Shown: positions 37,628-51,400 of the stretch, one piece after another
How positions within the stretch are numbered: position 1 is the stretch's first letter
Layout: each line of letters starts with the position of its first letter
Assembly (NCBI GenBank): GCA_004431415.1
Contig: QPMI01000529.1
Coordinates: forward strand, 1 to 64,000
DNA: 64,000 nt
Direction of reading: 5' to 3'
Source: Cyanophora paradoxa CCMP329
Lineage: Eukaryota; Plantae; Glaucophyta
Translations under genes and position numbers: made by a program
Notes under the pieces: model-generated
Database searches by the model: none
What the model saw: the letters and a program-made list of their open reading frames with translations, nothing else
Told to the model about the DNA's origin: nothing

Positions 37628-39409
37628 GAGAGCGGCTGCGGGCTGCAGCTGGACGAGCTCAACTTGGCAAGCTCGAGCCCGGCAAGGTAAGGGGGGTACG
37701 TGCGTCGAAAGGTGGGGAGGGGGTAAAAGCTTGAGGAAGCGCAAGGGGCCGGGGTGGGGGGACCGCTCGGAATTTCGAAAAATAGGCGGGAGCTCGATCG
37801 ATCGATCGCGAGGTGCTGGAAATGGATGGCCCAGTGGGATTAGGGGAGAGCTCGCGAGAGCTCGAGCGAGGAGACTCTGATCATGCATATGAGAGATCGA
37901 GATCAGTGCTGGTGTCTAGAGACTGTGGCGCGGCCGGTAATTCACCAAAACAAAATAGTATCGGAGAGGAAATATCGAATTGAGTACTACACGTAAACTA
38001 CCTATTCACTGATGTCTACTAAATGCACTGATTTATGTGTGTTGAGTTTACAGGCCGTCTAATCATAAGAATATCGGTATGGGCCCGATCGAAGCAGGTC
38101 AGGACGCGCGAAGCCCGCGATCGCCGGCGCGGCGGGGCGCGGGCCGAAGGACGTACGTCGCCTCCTGAGACTCCGGCGGCGGCGCCTGCGGCAGGGCGTG
38201 AGGCGGGCGACAGCGGTGGATTCGAAGGGCGGAGCGGGGGCCGGGCCTCGTCGAGCGGGGGCGGCGAGCGGAAGCCGGCCGCCGGGGCGGACGAGGCGGC
38301 CGAGCTCGAGGCCAGCTGCGCACCCCGGCCCGGGCCCGCGGCGTCAGAGGGCAGGGAAGCCGCCCGCGCCTTCGCCGGCGCCCCCGCACCGTCGCGGAGG
38401 GGCCGCCGGCGCCGGCGCCGGCCGCCCCGGGCCCGAAGAGGGCGGCGTGGACCTCCCCCGCACTGAGTCGAGAGGCGCTGTCAGAGGCGGCGGGGGGCGG
38501 CGCGCACCGGCGGGCGGCGTCGACGTCGCTGGCGAGCATGCGAGAGAGGCCGGAGGCGAGGGGCTCTGGATCCCCCACGTGCACCGCCCCGCCCGTCCCT
38601 GCGTCCCCCGCCGCAGGCCTCGGCCGGGGAAGTGCGGGGCGGGCGGGGCGGGCGCACGGGGCGCCCAGCCGTGGAAGAGGGCGTGCGAGGGGCGCGCCTT
38701 CGTCAGCATCTCCACCGCCGTCGCCGCCAGGCTGCCCCCGCCCGCCCCGCCCCGCCTCAGCCGCGCCCCGCGTCGCGGCGCGGGGCATGAGCGCCTGCAG
38801 AGGTCCGAGGCGGGGCTCGCGCGCCCGGCGCGCTGCTCGGGGTCCGCGTAGGGGTGGCGAGGGGGCGGTGCCCACCGGCGGGCGGCATCGATTTCGATAT
38901 CGCTGGCGAGCATGCACGAGAGGATGCATATGGGGACGAGGCCAGGGGCCCGCCCACCGCCCCGCCCGCCGCTGCCGGTCCCGCCGCCGGCCTCGGCCGG
39001 GGATGTCCCCCGGATGGGCGCGCCGGGCAGGCCAGGGCGCAGACCGGGCGAGTCGCGCGAGCATGCATGTGGCCAGCACTCGGTACCGAGACGACTGAAA
39101 CTCCGTCGGCGCAGCCGCTATGCGTTCTGTATGCGGACCCTCGAACGCGTGGCACCCGCGACCCCTATTAAATTTAACGAGCCCCGGCCGCGGTCAAGCT
39201 GCGAATCGCCTTACGCTCCCCTGCGCCCTCCCCCCCCCCCCCCCCCCCCCCTCCCCTCCCGCACTGGCGCCGCAGACTATACCCCGCCCTGCCCGGCCCC
39301 GCATGCAGCTGCAAGCTCCACACGGCCAGGTATTGTAGAGAGCTCGATCTCGAGCTCCTCGAATTGATTTTGGTAATTTACTCTGATTCTACACGCTGCA
39401 ATTGCAAAC

Positions 39410-42400
39410 TCAAAACGCTGCAGCTGCGTATACAGCAACCCAGGCGGAAAGCAGCGCCCAGAGCGTGTGGAGAGAGCGAGCCAGCGGATCCCCGCGGCCG
39501 GCGGCCGAATTGGAAGTCCTTTTTTCGTCGGGCACGTAGATAGAGCCGCCGCCAGAGAGGGTCGCGTTCGCTGACCTGATGGCGGCCTCGAGCTGCGCGA
39601 CCGTCATGGACGCCTGGGGGGACGGCGCTTCGAGTCAGCTGCAATTGCGAGCAGTCGACGGGCAAAGTGAGCGATCGCAATATTAACAAGTAACTCTAAT
39701 ACCTGAGCGACCTGTACGAGCGCGGTCTCGCTGAGAGTGCTGTACTGCGCGGGCAGGCCGCTGGGGATGAACGAGAGGGTTGAGCCCGGAAGCACGGTGA
39801 AGAAGCTTCCGAGGTTCACAACTAGCTGGCGTGTCTGCATCTCCTCGGCCGACAGCGCGCGGGCCGCAGACGCTCGTGCCGACGTCGACGTCCGAATAAA
39901 GCAGGTGGCGCCTTCAGTCGGGGCGGCCGCTTTAAGTAAAAATAAGAAATCGGAGAAGAAGATCGAACGCTCACCAGTTCCGAGTTTCGGCAGAGTATCG
40001 GAAGCAAAGATGGCGGGGCACGGGACTTGCACCTGCGATGTCGACGAGGAGTCGACGGATTGCACCGTGTACGGGATGTCGAGATCGATATTCAGGCTGC
40101 GAGTAGTCTTAGTCGCGACAATTCTGTTCACGCTCAAAGCTTTGACTCGCCTCTTGAAGCCGTTTTGCTCGTCGAAGTAGGCGCCACCGATGGAAATGAA
40201 GGTGCACAGCTCGGGGTTGCAGCCGCCAGTGTACTCGCACCACTTGGCTGTGCAGCAACGCTAGCTCAGTGTACTGTTATGGCTTTGAAATTCTTATTGA
40301 TTGAACAATTGCAAGTGGACGCGCCCAAATCTGCCGGGAACTCGCACCGCCCGCTCTCCAAGCCGCAGACTGACGAGCACGTGTACGGAGCAGTCAGATA
40401 CAGAATCAAACTTTTAGGACGCTCGTGCATACCCTGGCACGGGGAGCAGGAAAGACAGCTGAAGGCTGGGGAGCCGTCGCCGTTGGAGCTCGAGCCCGAT
40501 CCGCCATTAATTCTCGCTATCATCTCATCGGGCATGAAAACATTCGCATACTGAAAGAAATCACTCGCAAGTCAGACTGGCGGCGCGATAGATTTTCGGA
40601 AATAAATCGCGAAGTTATCGCTCGCATATGCATACCACCCCCTTCGCGATATTGGAGGTGGCGAGATACGTCGAGCCCTTCTGCAGCTTTGAGCCCGCCA
40701 CAAAAAGGCCTGCACGCAATAATAATGTGTCGACGTCGTACTGAGAAAGGTTGAGTCAGTGAGTTCACGAACCTGCCCCCTGGCCGTCCGCCGCGAGGTT
40801 CTCGTTCTGAAAAACATTTTATTTGAATCAGTATCCGCTCTCTTGTTTGGTGCTTCGACGTTCATACCATTAGAAGCACAGTTTCGTTGAGACGTGCGCA
40901 GCCAGCAACGACAGCAAGGCCTGTGCAATCAAACTTTAGACCGTGCTTTTCGGATCCAATTGAACAGTTAGATGAAATGCTCTTGACGCCGACTGAGTGG
41001 CACCTGCTCCAAACATTCCACGAGCTCTATTCTGCATAAAAATCGCGTCGCCGATCCAGCTGCACTGCCCTGCAGCTGCCTTTGCCTCCGTGAGACCGAT
41101 GAACGCGCCACCGCCCATTGGCGTGCTTCCGTCACCCACGCCATCGAACCACTCGAAGCCCGCCGTGTTGTTGCTGGCGATACAGTAATTAAGAATGACT
41201 TTGTTAACGCAGGAAACCGAACGAACGGACACGAAAAAGGACTGAGCGCCGTCGATCCGAATGGCGTCTGCCGCAAAGAGGCCCCCGCTGCAGAAGAGCA
41301 ATCGTTATTGCGCGATGGTCACAAAGGCAGTTTTTATGCTCATGACCAACAAGGCGAACCCCATAATCGCCCGATTATCGTCGAAAATGCACTGTTCAAT
41401 CTGCGCCACATGTAAAAACGTAAACAGCAACAAACACGTGTACGTGCAGCACGAGGAGGTCTGAGTTGGGCCCGGGGAGGAGGGGAGGGGCGAAGGGGGG
41501 CGAACGTGAACAGGAGTTTTGGATCCCCAGACAGCGATGGCGCCGCCCTGCCCAATGTCCGGTCCGACCCCGAACCCCTCCCTTGGGCCAGCAGAATTGT
41601 CGTAAAAGACAGCCTGCGGAATACGTATCCCTGGTTCAACAAACCTGGAAACAAATCGATATTATCTGTAAAATCTACCTGGTAGAAGCTGGCCCCGCCG
41701 GCTTCTGCAGCAGCGCTGGCGTCGGGGTCATCTGGATCCGTCGGCACCCCTACTGACACCCCGCCTCCCGTGAGTGCAAAGTTTGCTGCTCGCTCAAGCA
41801 TTCAGTGCACTGCTCGCTCGCTCAAGCATGAAGTACAAAAAATCAACCTTGGAAGCGGACTAGAGAGAACGAAGCGACGCATCCCTCTTTGATGAGCGCT
41901 CCGCCGCCTGCGCGTCATTTGCAATTAATTTCGTCTTCGTAATCTGCATGGCGCCATTAAAAGGGATGATTCAATGTTCGCACCATAAGACGCGGAGAGG
42001 TTGTCAATGAATGAAGATGCTGTGACGGAAAGCTTAGCATTCCGGCCCGAGCACGTGATTCCCGCTCCGGCTGCAGGATTGCGGTCATTTTTTTTGCACG
42101 CACAAACCAAACAAGAGAGACACTGATGTGCGAACCGTCCGTGCGCGTTAGCTCAAACGCGTATTGGATGATCATCCGGTCGAGAGTCGCTTCTGTATCC
42201 TCTATCGTGATTGCTCCGCCAATGGAAGTGCGGATGCTCGATTTCGAGATCGAAAAGGGCGAGCGCGCCCAGATGGCCGCGCCGTTATCGGAAATGCCCT
42301 AATATAGAAGAAAGCTTAGTGTCAATTTTCAACGAAAGAGCAACTGACTCACCCGGTCAAAAACGGATTCCGATATTGTGACAATCGTCGACGATCTCAT

Positions 42401-45400
42401 AAGACCGAGTGCGCCGCCTCGCCTTTTCGTTGGATGGAGAGGGGTGCCGTCCGTGGAGCGCGCAGTGTTTTCCTTGCGAACGACATCCTCAGTGGTCGCG
42501 GAGAGAAAGCATGTAGAGCCCATTTAGCGCACTAGGAAATAGCATCCATCAAACGAAACGGCGCCAGCGGCCTCGTCTGCTGATCCCACGAGCACGGCGC
42601 CCCCGTCGCCGTCCAAGGCCTGGATCCGAAAGCCACAATTCAAGCGCCGGCAGGCTCGCCGTCGCAGGGGACCTTCGCGGGCTATCAAACCTTATTGAAA
42701 CTGAAACTGGTGTTGACGAACGATGCAGAAGAGCCCTCAAGGATTGCCACGGCTCCAGCACTGCTAACAGCGCGATTCTGAGATTCATTGCAAGGGCCGT
42801 CGAGTTCAGACATGTACATTGGCCCACCAGTACCGCAAAAGAAACAATTTACCCTTAGAAACATGCAATCCACAAATTCAGCGCGAGAGCCGCCTAGCAG
42901 AGCCACAGCGCCTCCTGCAGGGCGTCGCCGCGTCGGCTTTGGCCGCATGCATGTGCACAGTGAATATGACACAAGCATGCGAACGGGGCACCATCGCTCA
43001 GCCCGTTCTGATTTGTAGCAAAAGCGACACTCTGCGAAAATGCAATTTTCAGGTCTTTCAAAAAACTTGGGTATATATATGCAGAGGCGACAGAGATTCA
43101 GGTGGAACCTTTAGGGTTAGAATTTGACCGTTCCGAACGATAAGCGCAGCCCCCGAAGAATCCGTGTACGGGGGAGTGCCGCTCGCTTGGGCAGCAGCCT
43201 GCCCGATCAGCGACGCGGCTCTCGTGGCATTGTGGCCACAATCCGCAATCGTCACACCCTACAAGTGGGCACTCGCGATCGTGAGCGCAGGAGCCATCTG
43301 GCGTCGACAGCTTGGCGATGTGATCGAATGCACGCACCAGCGGAAGAATGAGAGGAGACGAGTGCGATATTGAAAATGCGGCGCCAGCGGCAAGACACCT
43401 GCAAAGCGCAGTTTTGGTTTCGATCAGCTTGATCAGAGCGCAATTCGGGTTGAAAGTGATGTGCGCTCACATTAAAAATGTATTCGCAGCAGAGTTTGGC
43501 CCCAGAATTTCCCCGGACCACGAGCGTATCTGCAATTGCATTCAGCACTAATCCAGCCCGTGGCTCGACTCGCTTTTGTAATCGAGCTCACATATATTTT
43601 AGCGCCGCTCGCTGCTGCGTTCGCGGGCACTACCAAAGAGGATGCGGGCTTCATGTACGTGCCAGGCTTGAGAAATACGCCGATCTGCGTCGCAAACTTT
43701 CAATTGGTCGCAAACATGATCTTACTTACCAAACCCCGCGAACCTGGGGAGGAGTGGCTCGGCCTGGAGTCATCAAGATCGTCTGTCTGACAGCGTACGC
43801 GACGGCGCCCTTGAGCGACATGAAGATGTACGGTTCCTTCGCATCCGCATCCGGAATGTAATCCGCCTCGAGCCTGCGTTAAATTCAGAGCACCGGTCAA
43901 AGTTGCGTGGGACCCGAGGTCGTTCGAAGAGGTTTGCACACATCTCGTCGACGAATACCGACAAATCGTATGGCTGCACGAGGCTGATTTCCAGTTCGAC
44001 AGGACCTTCGTTAGGGCTGCACCCTCCCCCGTAGCGGGCGATGTTCACAGCTACTTGCGTCTGGGTGGTGTCGTTCCCAGCAAGAAACAGCGTTACAACT
44101 GCCTTGCCGTGGATGCCCTTGCCACCTGAGCAATTTCGCATGACGCTTTACGTATACGAAAATGCACGTAAAATCGCTCGCAAGGTCTATAGCTAGGGGG
44201 CACGTGCACACCACCGGCAATCGGGGCCGTGCAGGCGAGCGACGAGCATGCATCGGCACTGCGAACGTCGACGACCGCGGGGAAGCCCGAACCACTTGCG
44301 TCGAACTTGTACAGGCCGGAGCGCGTCACATTGAAAAGGAACTGGACCGCATGCGACGAGGACTGCTTGCAGACCTGGCGGCGAGAAGGTCGCGCTCAAA
44401 AGATACGCATGTCCTGTTCGCTAAAGCGCACTTGTGTGAAGCCTATGACCTTGAAGTCGCATAGGGGACCGGCGACGGTGCGTCCAGGAGTCGCTACCAG
44501 GATTTTGTGGTCTGGTGGGCACTTAGATGCACTCATGTCAACGTCCACGCCTTCGGCGATGCGCGTTTCATTCGAGAAGGGCATAGCGACGAGGTGCATG
44601 AGAGCGCGATTGAGATCGGCTGCGATGGAGAGCGTGAGCGCAAATCATGATAAATCATAGTACGAGTGTAGTGCGGCCTCGAGCTCCGCAGGTGCAACAC
44701 TAATTATAAGTCTGCGCACGAAAACAAAAGCGTACCAGCCATTGCAGCCTCCGGCGAGTTCGGGACGAGTGGCGGCAAGAAGAACTTGTCTCGTGCTTCG
44801 TACAATCCAAAATCCTCCTCCCAAACCGACGTCGGATCTTCAGGCTGCGGAGCGGCAAACGCGGCAGCCGCCAGAGACATGTCGATCGGAAGCGAAGAAT
44901 TCAAAACGAAGCTGGCATCCGCGAATTCATCGGGGAAAGGCTCAGTGGTAAAGTTCAGCATCTCGTCTTCTTCTTGGAGCACTGTAATTGGGTACCGGTC
45001 CGGGTGCTGATTAGTATTATGCTCAACTATTCATAAATGTAACGCACACGTGCACGTGTCCGCGTGGGGTGCTGTTCCAATGATGTCGACAGCATGCGCC
45101 GGCGCGCAATGGGTACTGGCGTCGGTCCAGCTAACGCGCAAAGAACATCAGCAGCGCCGCTCGGGCAGGCAGCGACAGCATCGTTGACATCCATCTGAAT
45201 CATTGGACTGGGGCATTCCAACATGACTTCGTCGAGCATCGATAAGGGGCACGGCGCTTTGCATGGCCGATCAAGCAGCTCCACGCGATTTGAACCCTCG
45301 GCAACCTTGGAGAATCCGGCAGCGGTGACGGCGTTGAGAACAAAGAAGCGCTTCAAATACTGTGAGGCGACCGCGGGCGCTTCAGTGCAAGTGAAAATGA

Positions 45401-48400
45401 TGCAAAGAAGGCATTAGAAGCGAGCCTTTATGTGCGTTTTAGAGTCGAACTTGACGACTGTAGAGTAAAACGCTTGCGACTCAGTGACGGCTACTTTCGT
45501 GTACCAGGTTTTGCCAGTGCCGTCCATAACCTGATCGAACAGGATGTAGCGTGCCGTTTATATTAATTATAATGAGTAAATGGATATGCGGGCGTCGGGA
45601 ATACCTGAAGCACGACTTGCTTCGCGATGGCCGCGACGACTCCCCCAAGACCGGACGATTGCTTGATCCATGACACATTCCATACGCCGCAGTCGACGCG
45701 GTGTGCGTCGAGAACGAAGGGCAAACTAGTGTTTCCGCCGATGAATCCCGCTGCAGGCAGGCCTGTTGGCCGACATTCACGATCAGTCCGCTACATATAC
45801 ATGTGCTGAACGCTCTATTAGACTCATGGATGATCATCAGTCCGCTCACAACTAGTAGTGTATATATTGGATTACGTATATACGTATGCATATGGAATTG
45901 AAAAAAGACGTGTGGTCATGAACCGCATGCGCACCTGGCATCTGCACAAGAAGAGGGGGCGCAAAATATCCAGGCTCAACGCTGGCCTTGGTCTTGTCAG
46001 TCGGATCGATGCTCAATCCTTGGAGTTGAAATCTGCCGTCAAGCTTTAAGCAGCTGCAGCTTAACCAGGCGTGTGCCCTTAAAGAATTCCAAACGCATGC
46101 GCACGAATATACAATCCCTGCAGAATTTGAATCGAATATTGCATCAGAGACCAGGAGATGCGCAGCAAAGGTTGGGACCGAGTGAGGTCACTGATCTAGA
46201 TGTACCTGGTAGCAAATTGAAAATTTGCAGCGACTTCGCGTAGAAATTCGGGCTCGGAACGTCTGCAATTGCAAGACACAGCAGTTCGTGAGCTTGAATG
46301 GCTTGTGACGTCGACACTCGGGTTTTCACGCACAATCGTAGTAAGGAGCGGATGTTGCTGGCGCAGTGACCATGAGGGCTGGATCAGGCTCGGCTGTAAT
46401 TGTTCCGACGTTGCGGACGCATTGCTTTGCAAACGCGGGCTCCGGATTCAAGCTTGGATTGCGGTGGAAGCCTTCCGTGCACGGCTGGCCGCTTGGGGTC
46501 CTCGGGGGCAGGACCAGGGCCTGTTTGAAAGAAATCACAAAATACGTGCGGATCTAGATATCTCATGCATCCACGTTCTAAATTTAAATATCATCTGCGG
46601 GTCGGATGGGGGTGTGGGGTGTGGGGTGACGTGTGTGTGTGTGGGGGGGGGGGGGGGGGAGGGGGGGGGGGGCTCGAGGGGACGAACCTGGTAGTAATTT
46701 GCACCGGTGACGAGATCCCAAGCGATTGAGAAGACAAATCGGCCGGGATTGCTGAGGTCTGCTGCAATGGAACCGAACCGGACATTCAAAGGCGCCGGCA
46801 AAGGCTCCCCTGGGCGGAACCATCAGGTTGTCGGTATCGCAAGCTTCGAAAAACGCGTATGCTCACGAAGAGTGCTGGTGAGGAGAAGCGGGGCCGTTAC
46901 GATGCTTCCATTTACAAGTAGAGCCTCGACAGCGACTGTGTATTCTTTTCGAGCACATGCAAGTAAGAGACGCATGCGCACGGGTAAGAGCGAGCGTTTG
47001 CGGACTGGTATTGACGGCAAGGCCAGTGAGCTTCGCGGTGTACTCAGTTCGGTACGATCCGGCAGCGAGAGTCGCTGGGAGGACATATCCCTCCGGAGGC
47101 ACCATCTGCGCATGCGTTCGTTTCACTCGCGTAGTTTTCCATAAGTTGTATACATGGAGCTTGTGCGAACCGAATCAGCAAGCAGCCTGGCGCATATGGC
47201 GCGAGGACTTGAAGTGTCGTATAGCATCGCCATTCTCTCACCTGACGGGCATGTTTCGGGGGCGATCTTTCCGGACAAGTCGGTTTTGAATTCAACGGCC
47301 CCGCTTGCGGGCAGGGCATCTGCTGGTTGGGCCATTTTCGCTTCGAAGCTTGCAGCGGCAAACCACTGGGTGCCGAGCGTTGGGTTTGCAGGGGAGCCCG
47401 TAGCTGGCGTCAACGAGTGCATGACCTGCGTGCATGTATGTATATATATGCATGCATATGCATTTATTATGCACGCTCACCCGGAAGGCGGCTACTTCGT
47501 CCGACATTATCTGTACGCTCGGATAAATCCAAGATACGACAATGTAGTTCGAGGCCCTGTCGATCACATGAGTTCTTCTCCATACACTGAACGGCAGGCG
47601 CTGCACGTCATAGGCAATATAGGCACCGGCGCATGGCCTTCGATCCAAAGCGGTTGCCCAGACTCTCGGGGTTCGCTGGTGTTGTGGGCTGGGGCGGGCA
47701 CTTCGTCGCGTAGATTGGAATGAAGTCCATAGTGTTCTAGATATGATCCCGGGTATGGTTAGCTATAGCTAACGCGTTCGTCCTCCCGATCGCGAGAGCA
47801 CCTTCCAAATCCTGCCCTTTCAATTAAATAAAGATAACATAAATTTGTAAATAGAAAGGAGAGCATGCACGCACTTTGATGTGCTGTCCTGCGCGCACAT
47901 CCGAAAACGGTTGTTTCAGTTTTGACCAACTGTATGCGCACAAGCGAAACAGCTCGTAATCGTACAAAATAGTGGCCGGCTATCATATAATTCAGACCAG
48001 CGCCACCAGGCATCTTCAGAAGGCCATCCAATTTCAAGAAACCGCCGACAAAAGGATAGAATCCAACCTGTATCTCGAGTGTCAAAGGTTCAATTTAGAG
48101 CTGTCCAGCGTTTGCGGCGCACCCAAATCTGTATCGCGCCCGGGCAGCCCCCGCCTTTGCTGCCGATCTAAAAACCGATGTCAGCGAGCTGGAGCGGCGT
48201 TCGAAGCCACGCACGCACTGGTTGCCACAACAGACCCAACTTAAAGTACACGGCTGCTTGGAACTGAATAAATCGAATCCCGTATACACTATGTATATCA
48301 CTCAAATCAGTTCGATGTTTGGATGTTTCGAAATCGAAATTTGAAGAGCACCCGAAGTCAAGGTCGATTTCAGGAACAAACTGGATCGCAAAGTTGAGAT

Positions 48401-51400
48401 CTGCAATTCGGCAAGCCAGCTCCTCATCAGTTCATCGTGACACTCAATCAACAATCAAGACAGGAGGCCAGCTACAGCTGCTCGCACATACGTCGGTCGG
48501 CGGGTTGAAAACAGGCGCCTGGTGCCATGAATAATCAAACAAATCAGCGAATACAAGATAAAACCCAATCGCAAGATCTTTAAACAGAACTACGCGCCCG
48601 GAAACTTGGTGCTTCTCCATCCATCCTTTATATTGTACCCATCGTTCAGAAAAATGAGAACTATATATACATCAACTTGCAAAGTTTCGCACCAGCCCGC
48701 GATCGGCGTGACTTTTCCTGATACGACAGTGAGAGAAGTACAGCAGGCCCCAGGCAGGGCCTAGCTTCAGATCGCTTTGCACCGTCTTTGAACTGGATTC
48801 CAAATTCGATCCCGCCATTAAGGGACCTTGTACGGGGGACGCGGTAGGTCGAACAGCAAAATTAAGCAGAACATGCATACCCTTCGAGATTGTTATCCCA
48901 TTGAATGCTTATAGCTCCATAGCATCCTAGATTGACCTGTCATGCTGATTTTAGACTCAAAGACAGTCAGGGCCTCAGCAAGCTCGATTCTTGAAGAATG
49001 CGCACATGTAGCTGGCGATGGACGATGATGTAGTGCTCAGTCAGAAAAGATGCATATGTGCACCCGCAATTCCAGGGAACGCTCAAAGCGCTTACCCCCG
49101 GCACGACGGTGACGACGACTGCAAATGGCCGAAAAGAACCGAAATCTTCAGAGCAAGTGCAAAACCAAGCAGTTGTAGAATAAATTACGCGAACCAGGCC
49201 CAACGTTAATATTCTTTATCCATTCCTTGCCTGCATAAAGTAGCGCTCAAAAAAGTGTGTCGTACAAAAGACAAAGCGGCGCGCCACACCCCAAATTTCT
49301 TGTTGTTTTCCGATGTCACCTGAACTGCGAAGAGCACCAAATATATATTCATGTGTTTGAAAGAGGACAAACGATTTTGATGAATTCAAAGGCAACAAGA
49401 CTTGTCAAGCGTACACGTTCACATGGATGTCAATGCTGAGTGCCGCTTTAATGCCGGCGAACTCTAAAATACCGGCAGTTAGTTATATTGAACTCGATGC
49501 TGAAGCCATTATATATATCACGCTAACGCACTTGTCAGTGTAATTTGTTTTAAGTTGTATTCCTCAATGACAAGTTCGAACTTGACGCCTGTGCCGGCCC
49601 AGAAATATCTACACACCAGCATCTCAAGAAATAAAAACCCAAAGAGCGGAGGGGCATGCTTGCATCTCTTTAGGGTCAATATCCATAACTCCCCACATAT
49701 CGTAGAAAGTCGATCCTTTCGAGCCCTGAATTCCGAACGATGCGCGCAAGCCGGAGGTCAGCGAACGGGATTGGAGTTCGATTCGAGACCTGATTCCGGA
49801 GCAAGAAGATCGCACGCACAGAAAATGAAAAATCTGCAAGCAGGAACACGTGATCATTGGCATCGCTTTGCACTAATTTATGGGGCATCTCAGGAAGCTG
49901 ACACGATACGTACCCCAAACTATGTGTGGAAACTACGCAAGAGAGAGGGCGGTTCATTATCGGAGAGACCATTCGAGGGAAAGTAGAGGAACGCGGCTAA
50001 AAACCTTTCTCAGTTGCTTGTGAAACACCTCGTCGAAATTGAAGCTGATTCCCCACGTCGGAACCCTGAAGTAGATTTCACAGTCGCCTCCAATACACTG
50101 CGCGATCCCGGGCGCGACTCAACTCCTCTTCGCGCTCCAAAAAGATTGAAGGGCAATACGACCGACCGAAATCGCCTCGAAGGCCAGAGACGCGATGTCG
50201 AGACCACGGTTAACCGACTCGCCAAACTGCTCGCCAGGGCAAGAAGAGCGTCGCCCACAATTGCAAGCACGTGCATGCATATGTGAGCACGCGTATACGT
50301 TAACGTTTGTGGCTCGGATGAACCGCTTTCAGAGATCTAAAGCAAGGCGCACGTCTTTTACTCCTGTGACCGCAACATTTTCGATAACTTCCAGCGTTTT
50401 GGTAACTGGATTCAAGATAAAATCCAGCTTGCCGCCTTGGAAGAGTCGGCATCAACGGTTTTGAGCGGGAGCCAGATAAAGAAGCAATGTGGCAGCGCAC
50501 CTGTGACTGCACTTGCCTGTTCGATTGTATGTTAGCGCGTGCGCATTATAATTACGTTATTCAATCATGAATCAGAGCGCACGACTTCGAGGAGCATCTT
50601 AGGAACGTCGAGAACTTTCTTGACAACCTGGGGCGCCATCGATATCGATACCAAGCCCTACATACATATGCGCAGCGAATGGCCGCGAAAGTGAACAAGT
50701 TCACGTTTACAAACCTGGACAGCTACGTCCTAGAAGAAGGTTACAACCGCAGAAGGTTAGTGTACGAAAACGGCAGAGGATTTCGCTTTTACGAACTGTG
50801 ATTGCGTTGACGATTTGTTTAGCTGCTTTTGGAATGGCGGCCTGCCGCGAGCGTCTGTGAGGAGACAAGAGTACTAGCCAATTTACGAGTGCGAAAGCTT
50901 GAGTGCGCACTGCTACTTTGGCGAACAGATTGATGCCTTTGCGGACCACGTTGCCAACTTCGTAGAAAGCCTTGGTCATTCCCGCTGCGAGAGAAAAAGC
51001 TCAAGGGGCCTGTTTATATCCGACGACAGGATCACTCATCCGCACGCACTTTTATCCATGACGCCTAGTATAGGATCGAGAATTGCGCCTTTTATGCCGT
51101 GCAGAACCTGGCCGACTACCTTGCAGCAGTCTCTGATTTCATCCGCAAAAGGCAAACTTTTCAGGAAACCTCCAAGAAAAGTAAGCTTGCGGCCTTGGCT
51201 TTGGCTCTGTTCGGCCTTAGCCCCGTCCGGCCCTGGTCGTTTACGTATACGGCTGCGATGACCAGATCCGGACGCCAGGCCTCCGGCCTCGTTCATGGTT
51301 GCGAATGCAGCCGCAGATTCTGACTTTGGACCTGCAATAATTAGTTAGACGGGAACGTCTCAGCTATATATGTGAGATAAAGCTAATCAAACCCTCGAAG

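Noticed and set aside
38500-39070. Degenerate two-copy repeat (TCGCTGGCGAGCATGC..GGCCTCGGCCGGGGA)
   Set aside because: The similarity is real, but I cannot assign a gene, termini or function.
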